A stretch of 61,233 nt of DNA, counting the filler. It is 4 parts of 4 records of this genome, joined end to end, with 100 filler letters (N's around TTAATTAATTAA, not from the genome) between each part and the next. Parts side by side here need not be neighbours in the genome. Positions count along the whole stretch, not along the records: positions 34,700 to 61,233 come from SRR31156797_25502; 3 more parts are not named here. One strand, written 5' to 3'. Below, in pieces: positions 35,021 through 44,094 of the stretch. The translations under genes and the position numbers were made by a program. Position 1 is the stretch's first letter. Each line of letters begins with the position of its first letter. The notes beneath the pieces are model-generated. The model did not search any database. It saw nothing but the letters and a program-made list of their open reading frames with translations, and had not been told where the DNA came from.

Positions 35021-35221
35021 ATGGACAATGAATCAGGAAGAAATACCAACTTTGTTGAAAAAGTAGACGGGGCCATCCGGCAGGCGGCAGAGAAAATCCT
35101 CGAAAAGGCCAAACAGACGCGTACGCCTTTGGTCATCTGGGAGGATGATCAGATAAAAGAAGTTCCACCGGAAATAATTGAAATGAGGATTACAGCCAGA
35201 CCATCGGAAGTTGGCGCCTGA
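35021..35221 (+). CDS. Small antitoxin-like protein
   Basis: AIRQAAEK...KQTRTPLVIWEDDQI pattern recalled from small partners of zeta-toxin-like ATPases. Confidence 0.5.
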   Translation: MDNESGRNTNFVEKVDGAIRQAAEKILEKAKQTRTPLVIWEDDQIKEVPPEIIEMRITARPSEVGA

Positions 35222-35286
35222 CCAGCCTCTCATCCGTGGTCAGAATTTTTCACATTCGTCCGATTCGTGTGATTCGTGGTTAAAAA

Positions 35287-35547
35287 ATGGACAATACAAA
35301 AATCGAAAAAGCCCTGGCCCGCATCTACAGCGAAGAAAACCAACGCATTGTCTTCTGGAACGACCCGGATCTGGAATTTTCCATCACCCTCTCCCTGCTG
35401 AATCTCCCTGAAGGGGTCAATATCCTTCGCCTGGATCAAATGGGTGCATTGGAAGCCAAAATCCGTTTGGAACGGGACGATCCCGAGGGAAGGTATCTCA
35501 TCTATGCCCCCACCGAGGAACCGGAGTACGAAACGGATTGGCTCCTG
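35287..35547 (+). pseudogene. pglZ: BREX phosphatase PglZ, N-terminal fragment
   Basis: RIVFWNDPDLEF...LEAKIRLE..DP..RYLIYAP..EP...DWLL matches the N-terminus of type A PglZ, then breaks off. Confidence 0.75.
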
Positions 35548-35559
35548 GGGACCCGCCAC

Positions 35560-35856
35560 AAAATTACCACTTCCTGGAGACTCAGGTGACGCCGGGCACC
35601 GGTTCCCTGACCCTCTCAGGATTTGGATCCGTCAGCGCCGCAAAAGATGCGGTCAAGGTCGGTTTTGACTATTACAAAGCCAATGCCACCGGCGTCAGCG
35701 CATCGGTCAAGGCCGGGGACCACAATTATCATATCCATATCGTCGAGCTTCACAACACCGGTCCAAACCATCCCAGGAGAACTGTTCGCAAAATTCCAGA
35801 CCGGTTTCTATGCCCATCCGGAGGATGCGGTGTTTAAGGCCTTGGGGGTGGAGTAA
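35560..35856 (+). pseudogene. brxL: BREX Lon-like BrxL, two C-terminal fragments in different frames
   Basis: LETQVTPGTG...FDYYKANA...YHIHIVELHNTGP, then TIPGELFAKFQTGFY..PEDAVFKALGVE*. Confidence 0.8.
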
Positions 35857-35965
35857 TGGGAATCCCGGCTTTTTCCCTTGACGGAAAATGAACATTTGGA
35901 TAAAGTTTTTATTAATAAAGTGGTAAAATTACTCCTTTTCATCTCATCTTACCTCAAAAAGGGCA

Positions 35966-36964
35966 ATGCAAAAGAGAAATTCACCATTTCGGCGCCGGCC
36001 ATGGCATCCGATCATCCTGATGGTTGCCCTTTTCACCGGTTCGTGTGCCGATCCGCCGACAAATTCCTTTCAGGGGTATGTGGAAGGTGAATTTGTTTAT
36101 GTGGCATCCCCCATCGGGGGACGTCTTGACGCACTGAATGTCAGTAGAGGCCAGTCCATAAAGAAAGGAGATCCTCTCTTTGAGCTGGAACACGCACTTG
36201 AGGCGTCTGTTGTAAAGGAGGCATCCGAAAAATATAGACAGGCAACGGAGAGGCTGGCGAACCTCAGAAAGGGGAAACGGACTTCCGAGATCCAGGCCAT
36301 TCAAGCGAGGCTCAAAAGTGCCGAGGCCGATCTTCGATTGGCCCGCATGGAATACGACCGCCGGGTGAAGCTGAATAAGCGGCAGTTCATCTCGGAGGAA
36401 AGCCTGGACAGGGCCCGTACGGAGCAGAGCAAGAAAAGCCAGTTGGTCCGGGAGATCGCCGCTGATTTAAAGACCGCACGGTTGGGGGCCAGACCCGATG
36501 AAATCAAGGCGGCCGAGGCCGAGGCGGATGCCGTCAAGGCAAGGCTGGCCCAGGCGGAATGGAATCTCGCCCAAAAGCGCCAGATTTCCCTTAGAAACGG
36601 GCTGGTTTTTGATACCCTCTATTATCCGGGGGAGTGGGTTCCCCCCGGACGGCCGGTGGTTGCGCTCCTTCCGCCTGAGAATATCAAAATCAGGTTTTTT
36701 GTGCCTGAAAAAGTGCTGGGTCGATTGTCGTTGGGGCAGATGGTATTTGTTTCCTTTGACGGTGGCGACACCGTTTCCGCCCATATCGACTTCATCTCCC
36801 CCAGGGCTGAATACACCCCCCCGGTGATCTATTCCAGCCAAAGCCGGGCCAAACTGGTATATATGATCGAGGCGGTTGCGGAACCTGGGCAAGCCCGCCT
36901 CCTGCACCCGGGGCAACCCGTCGATGTGAGCGGATCTGCCCGGAAGGAAAGCTCCCATGAATGA
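35966..36964 (+). CDS. HlyD-family periplasmic adaptor (YbhG-like)
   Basis: QGYVEGE, coiled coil, ISPRAEYTPP. Confidence 0.9.
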   Translation: MQKRNSPFRRRPWHPIILMVALFTGSCADPPTNSFQGYVEGEFVYVASPIGGRLDALNVSRGQSIKKGDPLFELEHALEASVVKEASEKYRQATERLANLRKGKRTSEIQAIQARLKSAEADLRLARMEYDRRVKLNKRQFISEESLDRARTEQSKKSQLVREIAADLKTARLGARPDEIKAAEAEADAVKARLAQAEWNLAQKRQISLRNGLVFDTLYYPGEWVPPGRPVVALLPPENIKIRFFVPEKVLGRLSLGQMVFVSFDGGDTVSAHIDFISPRAEYTPPVIYSSQSRAKLVYMIEAVAEPGQARLLHPGQPVDVSGSARKESSHE

Positions 36965-37877
36965 CGCCGAGTTGGTCATTGATGTTCAGAATCTTACAAA
37001 ATCCTTCGGACCGAAAACCGTTGTGAAAGACTTGAACATCCAGGTGGCCAGGGGAGAAATTTACGGCTTTCTGGGACCCAACGGTTCCGGAAAAACCACT
37101 TTTATCCGTATGCTGTGCGGGCTTCTGCGTCCCGATGCGGGAAGCGGTGCCTGTCTGGGTTACGATATCCTGAAGGAGCCGGAACGTATCAAACCTCTCG
37201 TGGGATACATGTCCCAGCGGTTCAGCCTCTATGAGGACCTGACCGTGCGCGAAAACCTCGATTTCATGGCCCGCATATATAGAGTGAAAAATCGCAGAAA
37301 GTCGGTGGACGTCTGTATTGAACGGTTCGGGATCAACGGGTTTTCCGACCAGTTGGCGGGAAGCCTCTCCGGCGGGTGGAAGCAGCGCCTGGCTTTGGCG
37401 GCATGCATCCTCCATGAGCCGCAGCTCCTTCTGCTTGACGAACCGACCGCAGGGGTTGATCCGGGTGCCCGTCGGGATTTCTGGGATCAGGTTCATGAAC
37501 TGGCTTCCGAAGGGATCACCGCGCTGATCAGTACCCACTATATGGATGAGGCGGAGCGGTGTAAACGGCTGGGATACATTGCCTATGGTGACTTGCTGGC
37601 TTCCGGAAAGGCCGAGGATCTGATCCGGGAATCCGGTTTGACCACGTGGCGTGTGGCGGGAGGGGATATGAGTGAATTGTCAAAGGTTCTCAAACCGCTT
37701 CCCGGAATTGAACAGGTCGTGGCCTTTGGCAATACCCTGCACATCAGCACCCGGGATACGGACCGGTTTAATAAAACCATTCTGCCCTACAAAAAGGGTG
37801 AATACCGCTGGACCAGGATCGATACGAGCCTGGAAGAGGTCTTCATCCATTTGATGCAAAGCACGGGGAACCGATGA
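36957..37877 (+). CDS. ABC transporter ATP-binding protein
   Basis: GPNGSGKT, LSGGWKQR, LLDEPT. Confidence 0.95.
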   Translation: MNDAELVIDVQNLTKSFGPKTVVKDLNIQVARGEIYGFLGPNGSGKTTFIRMLCGLLRPDAGSGACLGYDILKEPERIKPLVGYMSQRFSLYEDLTVRENLDFMARIYRVKNRRKSVDVCIERFGINGFSDQLAGSLSGGWKQRLALAACILHEPQLLLLDEPTAGVDPGARRDFWDQVHELASEGITALISTHYMDEAERCKRLGYIAYGDLLASGKAEDLIRESGLTTWRVAGGDMSELSKVLKPLPGIEQVVAFGNTLHISTRDTDRFNKTILPYKKGEYRWTRIDTSLEEVFIHLMQSTGNR

Positions 37878-39013
37878 ACAGCCGGACCTTCTCACCCGGC
37901 CGGTTCTGGGCCGTTGTTGCCAAAGAATTCATCCAGATGCGGCGTGACCGGGTCACCCTTATGATGATGCTCGGCATCCCCCTTACTCAGCTGATCCTCT
38001 TTGGTTACGCCATCAATTCCGATCCCAGACATCTGCCCACCGCCATTCTCTCCGGGGACAACTCCGTCTTTTCACGGTCGATTGTCAGCGCCATGCAGAC
38101 CAGCAGCTATTTTGATGTGGTCCGCGAGATCACCACCCGGGCCGAGGCCGGAGAAGCGCTTCGAAAGGGAGATGCTCAGTTTGTGCTGACCATTCCGGAG
38201 CTTTTCGGGCGAAGACTGATCCGGGGGGAACGTCCCGTGCTGCTACTGGAAGCGGATGCCACGGACCCGGCCGCCGCCAGCAACGCCCTGGCGTCTTTCC
38301 ATGAAATCGTCAAAAGGGCTCTGCAAAAGGATCTCAAAGGGCCCCTTTCCCATCTGGCCCCCACGGATTATCCCGTGGATCTCCGTATCCACCCCCAGTA
38401 CAACCCCGAAGCCATTTCTCAGTACAATATCGTCCCCGGGCTCATGGGCGTTATTCTGACCCTGACCCTGGTGATCATAACGGGTCTCGCCATCACCCGG
38501 GAAACGGAACGGGGTACCATGGAAAGCCTCCTCTCCACACCCGTGAATCCATTGGAGGTCATGCTGGGCAAAATCCTCCCCTATATTCTCGTGGGGTATG
38601 CTCAGATCCTACTGATCTTTGTGGCCGCGCGGTTTCTTTTTGAAATCCCCATGCGGGGGAGCATTGCGCTGGTTCTGGCATTGTCCCTTGTTTTTATCGC
38701 CGCCAATCTCACCGTGGGCGTCACCTTTTCGTCGTTAGCCAAAAACCAGTTGCAGGCCATGCAGCTTTCCGTTTTTTTCTTTCTGCCGTCCCTGCTCCTT
38801 TCCGGGTTCATGTTCCCCTTCAGGGGGATGCCCCCGTGGGCCCAACATATCGGCGAAGTCCTTCCGCTGACCCATTATCTCAGGTTTGTAAGGGGGGTCC
38901 TCCTCAAGGGGAACGGCCTGGCCGAATCGTTGCAACACATCTGGCCCATTGCCATTTTCTGGGTCGTGGTTGTTGCCGTCGGATTCAAGTTCTACAGGCG
39001 AACGCTGGATTAA
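37874..39013 (+). CDS. ABC-2 type permease (YbhR/S-like)
   Basis: KEFIQMRRD, RETERGTME, LSGFMFP. Confidence 0.93.
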   Translation: MNSRTFSPGRFWAVVAKEFIQMRRDRVTLMMMLGIPLTQLILFGYAINSDPRHLPTAILSGDNSVFSRSIVSAMQTSSYFDVVREITTRAEAGEALRKGDAQFVLTIPELFGRRLIRGERPVLLLEADATDPAAASNALASFHEIVKRALQKDLKGPLSHLAPTDYPVDLRIHPQYNPEAISQYNIVPGLMGVILTLTLVIITGLAITRETERGTMESLLSTPVNPLEVMLGKILPYILVGYAQILLIFVAARFLFEIPMRGSIALVLALSLVFIAANLTVGVTFSSLAKNQLQAMQLSVFFFLPSLLLSGFMFPFRGMPPWAQHIGEVLPLTHYLRFVRGVLLKGNGLAESLQHIWPIAIFWVVVVAVGFKFYRRTLD

Positions 39014-39082
39014 AATCATCAGCTTCATATTTCTGAAAAACCGGATGAAGAGAGGGCAACACATCAGAAAAAGGGAGATACA

Positions 39083-40447
39083 ATGACAGGTCATCTGCGG
39101 ATTATCATCATCTGTATGTTGGTACTTTTTTCACCGGGACCCTGGAATCCACCCTGCCCGGCGCAGGAGCAGGCCGTGACATTAAACCAGGCCCTCAAAG
39201 CGGCTTTCCGGCTTAACCCTTCCATCGAGGCGTCACGGTATGAGGTGGCGGCCCTGGACGCATTGGTTGACCAGGCCACCTCAGCCTACTTGCCTAGGTT
39301 CTCCAATATGACCAATTATTACAGGGTGGGCGGGGATCTCCCCGACATGATCGGGGGCGTGTTCCAGAATCTCTCCACGCAATCGGGCGCGGCAGGTTTG
39401 CCGAATCTGGAGAGCCCGTTGAATATCTACAATACCAACTTTTTTGTTTCACAGCACCTCTATGATTTCGGCAAGACATCCGGCAATCTGAATAACCGGC
39501 AACAGCGCCTGGCCGCCGGCCGGAAAGATCATGACAAGCTTGTTGCGGATGTGGTCTGCACGGTAAAAGAGGCCTATTTTGAGATGCTCAAAAAAAACAG
39601 ATTGGCCCGGGTGGCAAAGGAGTCATTGAGTACCTATGAAATGCACCATGAACAGGCCAAAGCCTTATTCGAATCCGGTCTTCGCCCCAGAATTGATGTG
39701 ACCAAAAGCCTTGTGGACAAAGCGAAATCCAAACTCAAATTGATCAAGGCGGAATTCGCGGTGCGTACGGCACGGGTGGATCTGGAAAATATTATCGGAG
39801 GGCCGCCGGTGGAAGGGGCCTATCGCCTTGTCGAGATATCCACACTTCCCCAAATGCCGACAAACATTGATCCGTTGGTTGAGGAGGCCCTTACGCACCG
39901 CGCTGAAATCGCGAGCCTGAAAGATCGGATCATGGCTGCCGAGGCACAATTGACGGCGGCCACTTCCGACTACTGGCCCACGGTATCCGCCAATGGGGGG
40001 TATGGTTTTGCCAGTACGGAGTTTCCTCTCAGGGACTACTGGGTGGCGGGAGTGACCCTCAAGTGGGAGATTTTTTCCGGGTTCAGAACCAGGGGGGAAG
40101 AAAAGGAATCCCGGGCAGGCATCGGCAAGTTAAAGGCGAATCTGAGAAAAATGGAGCTGGAAGTGAACCGGGAGGTCCTGAAGGCTTTCATCGGGGTGAA
40201 CGAATCCAAAGAGACCATGGAGACGGCAAAAATAGCCCTCAGGGAAGCAACGGAAAACATGGCCCTGGCACAGGGCCGTTACGGCACGGGGGTGGGGGAC
40301 GCCATCGAGTTCGCAGATGCCGAAATGGCCTTGACCATATCAAAAAATGACCTTGTGGACGCCACTTACGGATACCTCCAGGACCTTGCCCGTCTGGAAC
40401 ATGCGGTGGGGAACTGGCGGCGGGGTCATGGGCCTCCAGGAGACTAA
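39083..40447 (+). CDS. TolC-family outer membrane protein
   Basis: Signal peptide, two OEP repeats. Confidence 0.9.
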   Translation: MTGHLRIIIICMLVLFSPGPWNPPCPAQEQAVTLNQALKAAFRLNPSIEASRYEVAALDALVDQATSAYLPRFSNMTNYYRVGGDLPDMIGGVFQNLSTQSGAAGLPNLESPLNIYNTNFFVSQHLYDFGKTSGNLNNRQQRLAAGRKDHDKLVADVVCTVKEAYFEMLKKNRLARVAKESLSTYEMHHEQAKALFESGLRPRIDVTKSLVDKAKSKLKLIKAEFAVRTARVDLENIIGGPPVEGAYRLVEISTLPQMPTNIDPLVEEALTHRAEIASLKDRIMAAEAQLTAATSDYWPTVSANGGYGFASTEFPLRDYWVAGVTLKWEIFSGFRTRGEEKESRAGIGKLKANLRKMELEVNREVLKAFIGVNESKETMETAKIALREATENMALAQGRYGTGVGDAIEFADAEMALTISKNDLVDATYGYLQDLARLEHAVGNWRRGHGPPGD

Positions 40448-40660
40448 TATCCGCAATTGTTTCGATCCATCCTGAGTATGAATTCATAGTGGTCGGCAAT
40501 TCTTATTTTGGAATGATAAACTTGTGGGAGCGGTTTTACCGGTATTCCCATGAAATGCGGCGTATTATGGACGGGTCTTTTACCGGAAAAGATGATAGTA
40601 TGTATGAGTTTGGGAACCCGGGGGTTTTTAATCACTAACAGTGAATCAAACGGACATGAT

Positions 40661-40972
40661 ATGTTTTTTTTCATAGGGGGTGTACAGCCCAAAACCATTA
40701 CCCTGGACGAGCCGGCCAAGCGGTGTGATGCCTGCGGTCTCCATCAGTTGAAATCCATGAGGACGGATCATTATCTATCGTTATTCTTTATTCCCATTCT
40801 GCCCATAAAAAAAGGGGATCTCTTTTTTCGTTGTCAAAGCTGCGGGGCCGTCGCCACTGAACGGAACGGTTCACCGCTTGTTTCTCACAGGGGGAGATGC
40901 CCGGAATGCGGCCGGGTTGTTGACCATGACTTTCGGTTCTGTCCTTCCTGCGGGCACAGTCTGAATGCTTGA
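40661..40972 (+). CDS. Zinc-ribbon domain protein
   Basis: MFFFIGGVQPK, CDACG, LFFIP, CPECG...FCPSCG. Confidence 0.85.
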   Translation: MFFFIGGVQPKTITLDEPAKRCDACGLHQLKSMRTDHYLSLFFIPILPIKKGDLFFRCQSCGAVATERNGSPLVSHRGRCPECGRVVDHDFRFCPSCGHSLNA

Positions 40973-41115
40973 AATGGGTGATTATTTTCGCTCGTAATTA
41001 TTTTTGATATCGCCATTTTCTTGACCCCTTGAACCATGTTCCCTATAATCCGCCGTGCTAGATGCCGGTCGAACCGTAAAAAGAGCATTCACCCACATGA
41101 AGAAAGGAGCAAAAA

Positions 41116-42051
41116 ATGAGAAAAAAAGCGACGGTCATTGGGGCTGGAAACGTCGGTGCCACCGCGGCGATGCGTCTTGCCGAAAAGGAATTGGCGGATG
41201 TGGTGCTGATCGATATCCTTGAGGGGGTACCGGCCGGGAAGGCGTTGGATTTGACGGAAGCCGCGCCCATTGAAAAGCATGACGCCCACGTCATTGGGGC
41301 AACGGGGGACTATTCACAGGCAAAAGATTCCGACATCGTTATCATTACGGCCGGGATTCCGAGAAAGCCGGGCATGAGCCGGGACGATCTGTTGTCCACG
41401 AATATGGGAATCATGGATACGGTCACCCGAGGGGTTGCGGCCGTCGCTCCCGATGCCGTCTTGATCATTGTGAGCAATCCATTGGATGCCATGTGCCATG
41501 TGGCCTACAACGCCAGCGGGTTTCCCAAAAACAGGGTTATCGGTATGGCGGGGGTTCTGGATTCCGCTCGTTTCCGCGCTTTCATCGCCATGGAGTTGAA
41601 TGTTTCCGTTGAGAATACCCATGCCTTTGTCCTGGGCGGGCATGGTGATACCATGGTGCCCCTCCCCCGGTTTTCAACGGTTGCGGGCATCCCCATTACC
41701 CAGTTGATGGCGCAGGATCGGATTGATGCACTGGTGGAGCGGACACGGAACGGCGGCGCCGAGATTGTGGGACTGCTCAAAACCGGCAGCGCCTACTATG
41801 CACCGGCTTCCGCCGCCGTGGAGATGGCCGAGGCCATCCTGAAGGATAAGAAAAAAATCCTGCCCTGTGCGGCTTGCTTAAATGGAGAATACGGCATCAG
41901 CGATCTGTTTATCGGTGTGCCCGTGAAACTGGGGGCGGCGGGTGCTGAGGAAATTATTGAAATCGAACTGACCGATGACGAGAAGGCGGCACTTGATCAT
42001 TCCGCCGATGCGGTCCGCGGTCTGGTGGAAGATATGAAACGGCTCGGTTAA
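41116..42051 (+). CDS. mdh: Malate dehydrogenase (LDH-like)
   Basis: [33 protein letters not shown]. Confidence 0.96.
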   Translation: MRKKATVIGAGNVGATAAMRLAEKELADVVLIDILEGVPAGKALDLTEAAPIEKHDAHVIGATGDYSQAKDSDIVIITAGIPRKPGMSRDDLLSTNMGIMDTVTRGVAAVAPDAVLIIVSNPLDAMCHVAYNASGFPKNRVIGMAGVLDSARFRAFIAMELNVSVENTHAFVLGGHGDTMVPLPRFSTVAGIPITQLMAQDRIDALVERTRNGGAEIVGLLKTGSAYYAPASAAVEMAEAILKDKKKILPCAACLNGEYGISDLFIGVPVKLGAAGAEEIIEIELTDDEKAALDHSADAVRGLVEDMKRLG

Positions 42052-42108
42052 GATTTACCGATTGGTAAAACCCGTTAAAGGGTGCAGGAGAAAGATTCCC
42101 AAGGGATT

Positions 42109-43953
42109 TTAACTCTTGCGCCCTTTCTTTTTCCCTCTGAATTCGCTCTGGTAGTAGAATTCCAGGTATTTGGAGACACACCGCTTCATGTCCTTCCTTT
42201 CGCAGATTTCCTGGATGCCCCTGATATTGTGGTAATAATCAAGGTCATTGTAGATTTCGCCGGAAATTTCGTGCAGGGACTGGCTTCTCACCGCCTTTTC
42301 GTCCACGTCGAACCCCCTCGATTTCATTACCCTGGGCCCCGCGAAAATCACCAGGGCTCCGGGTTCGGCGATGACCACGTCCCCGAGGGCCGCATAGCTG
42401 GCAATGGCGCCGCCCGTTGCCGGGTCCGCCAGTATGGATATGTAGGGAAGGCCGCTTTTTCTCAGGCGGTTAATGGATTCGATGGTTTTTGCCATCTGCA
42501 TCAGCGCCGATATGCCCTCATAGAGCCTTGCGCCGCCCGAGCAACAGAGGCTGATAAACGGCAGATTCTTCTGGATGGCGTAATCCGCTCCCCGTCTGAA
42601 TTTTTCGCCGAATACCACCCCCATGGATCCGCCGCAGTAGTAGAATGTACTTAAGGCCATGACGGTGGGCATCTGGTTGACCCGGGCGCTGCCCACCACC
42701 AGCGATTCGTTGAAATGGGAATGCCCTTTCTGCTTGGCCAGAAATTCCCGGTAATAATCCGTGATGGCGGCCTCTTCCAGGAGTTGGTCAACGGTTAAAT
42801 TCCGGTAAAGTTCATGGAAACTTCCCGTATCGGCCAGGCAGTCTATCCAGCCGCTGGCGCCCAGGATATAGGAAAAACCGCATTCCGGGCACACATTGAA
42901 GTTATCCAGCAGGGCCTGGAGCGGAATGAGCTTGCCGCACCCCTTCCGCCGTTTGTCCCCCTGTTTGCCCGCGCCGCATTCGATCAACTCCTTGTTGGTG
43001 GGGTCATGCTGAAGGTTGCCGTAACCCTCCCCCACTTCCGTCAGGCTTGTATGATTGACAATTTCGATGTTTGGCGGAGGCTTTCGAAAGGCTTTTTTGA
43101 TGGGGGTTTCGATATACCGCTTAATATCGTAGAACTTTCCGCTTCCCTTTGACAGGCCGTATTTCTTAGCCCTGATTTCCCGCCGTTTGATGAGCTTTTC
43201 AATTTTGGATCGTGAAAGATCCTTTATGGCTTTGGTCAGAAATTGATCAATGTTCCGGCTCATGGCGGCCGTATCCGTGACATCTTCGGGGAAGGGCACG
43301 ATGCGGTCGATGACATCCAGGTTTTTCAGGTCTTTTGCGCTCGGTTTCAATATGGCGAGCGCGTCTTCAATCCGTTCCGGATCTCTGAACACAATGGAGG
43401 CCATGCTTTCAGGGGGTGCCGTGGCATAAAGGGCGTCCTCCATCTGCCCCCGGACATCCGTGACCTGAATGGCCAGGGCGCCGCCGCTGCCCCCTTCGCC
43501 AAGAACCAGGGAGATGGTTCTGATGGGGATGGCCAGAAATTCCCGGATCAGTTGGGCGATAAAAAAGGCCTGGAACCGCTGGGCCGAATACATGGAAATA
43601 TCAGCCCCGTAAGTATCGATAATGGAGAAAAGAAATGTGTTGTCCGGATCATGGTCACAGGCCTCTTTCAAGACGGAAAGGATGACCGAGTGGTCGTCGG
43701 AGGTGAGCATGCCGTAATTCAGTTTTTTAAGATCCTTATCGCTTCGGAGATCTTCGGGTTTCGGTTTTTGCTGTGCCACAACATAGAGCAGTTTTTCCGC
43801 ATACCGACATGATCCTGCAATGAGTGAGTCGCTTCGATAAGAGCCGAAAGGCATGAAATCGGAAAACATCCTGTCGATTACATCCGATGATCTGGGCCTG
43901 AAAGGATGCCGGGTTCTCTTCTTGAAAATATCAACAAGTTCTAACTTGGCCAT
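42109..43953 (-). CDS. Fused carboxyltransferase, alpha-like then beta-like domain
   Basis: IDTYGA, GEGGSGGALA (AccA-like); CPECG, GGSMG, SGGAR..EG..LMQM, TGG..ASYA (AccD-like). Confidence 0.88.
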   Translation of the reverse strand: MAKLELVDIFKKRTRHPFRPRSSDVIDRMFSDFMPFGSYRSDSLIAGSCRYAEKLLYVVAQQKPKPEDLRSDKDLKKLNYGMLTSDDHSVILSVLKEACDHDPDNTFLFSIIDTYGADISMYSAQRFQAFFIAQLIREFLAIPIRTISLVLGEGGSGGALAIQVTDVRGQMEDALYATAPPESMASIVFRDPERIEDALAILKPSAKDLKNLDVIDRIVPFPEDVTDTAAMSRNIDQFLTKAIKDLSRSKIEKLIKRREIRAKKYGLSKGSGKFYDIKRYIETPIKKAFRKPPPNIEIVNHTSLTEVGEGYGNLQHDPTNKELIECGAGKQGDKRRKGCGKLIPLQALLDNFNVCPECGFSYILGASGWIDCLADTGSFHELYRNLTVDQLLEEAAITDYYREFLAKQKGHSHFNESLVVGSARVNQMPTVMALSTFYYCGGSMGVVFGEKFRRGADYAIQKNLPFISLCCSGGARLYEGISALMQMAKTIESINRLRKSGLPYISILADPATGGAIASYAALGDVVIAEPGALVIFAGPRVMKSRGFDVDEKAVRSQSLHEISGEIYNDLDYYHNIRGIQEICERKDMKRCVSKYLEFYYQSEFRGKKKGRKS

Positions 43954-44094
43954 TTAGGTGTCCTCTGAATGCTTGGCCACAACAGACCGGCGAAGATGCG
44001 GTTTGTCAAGTGGCTTATTATTCTCAATCTCTGCAGCCTGCTTTTCTATCAGGTTTTAATGTGTTTTGCAATCTTCCAGGCAATTCTCATGGGG

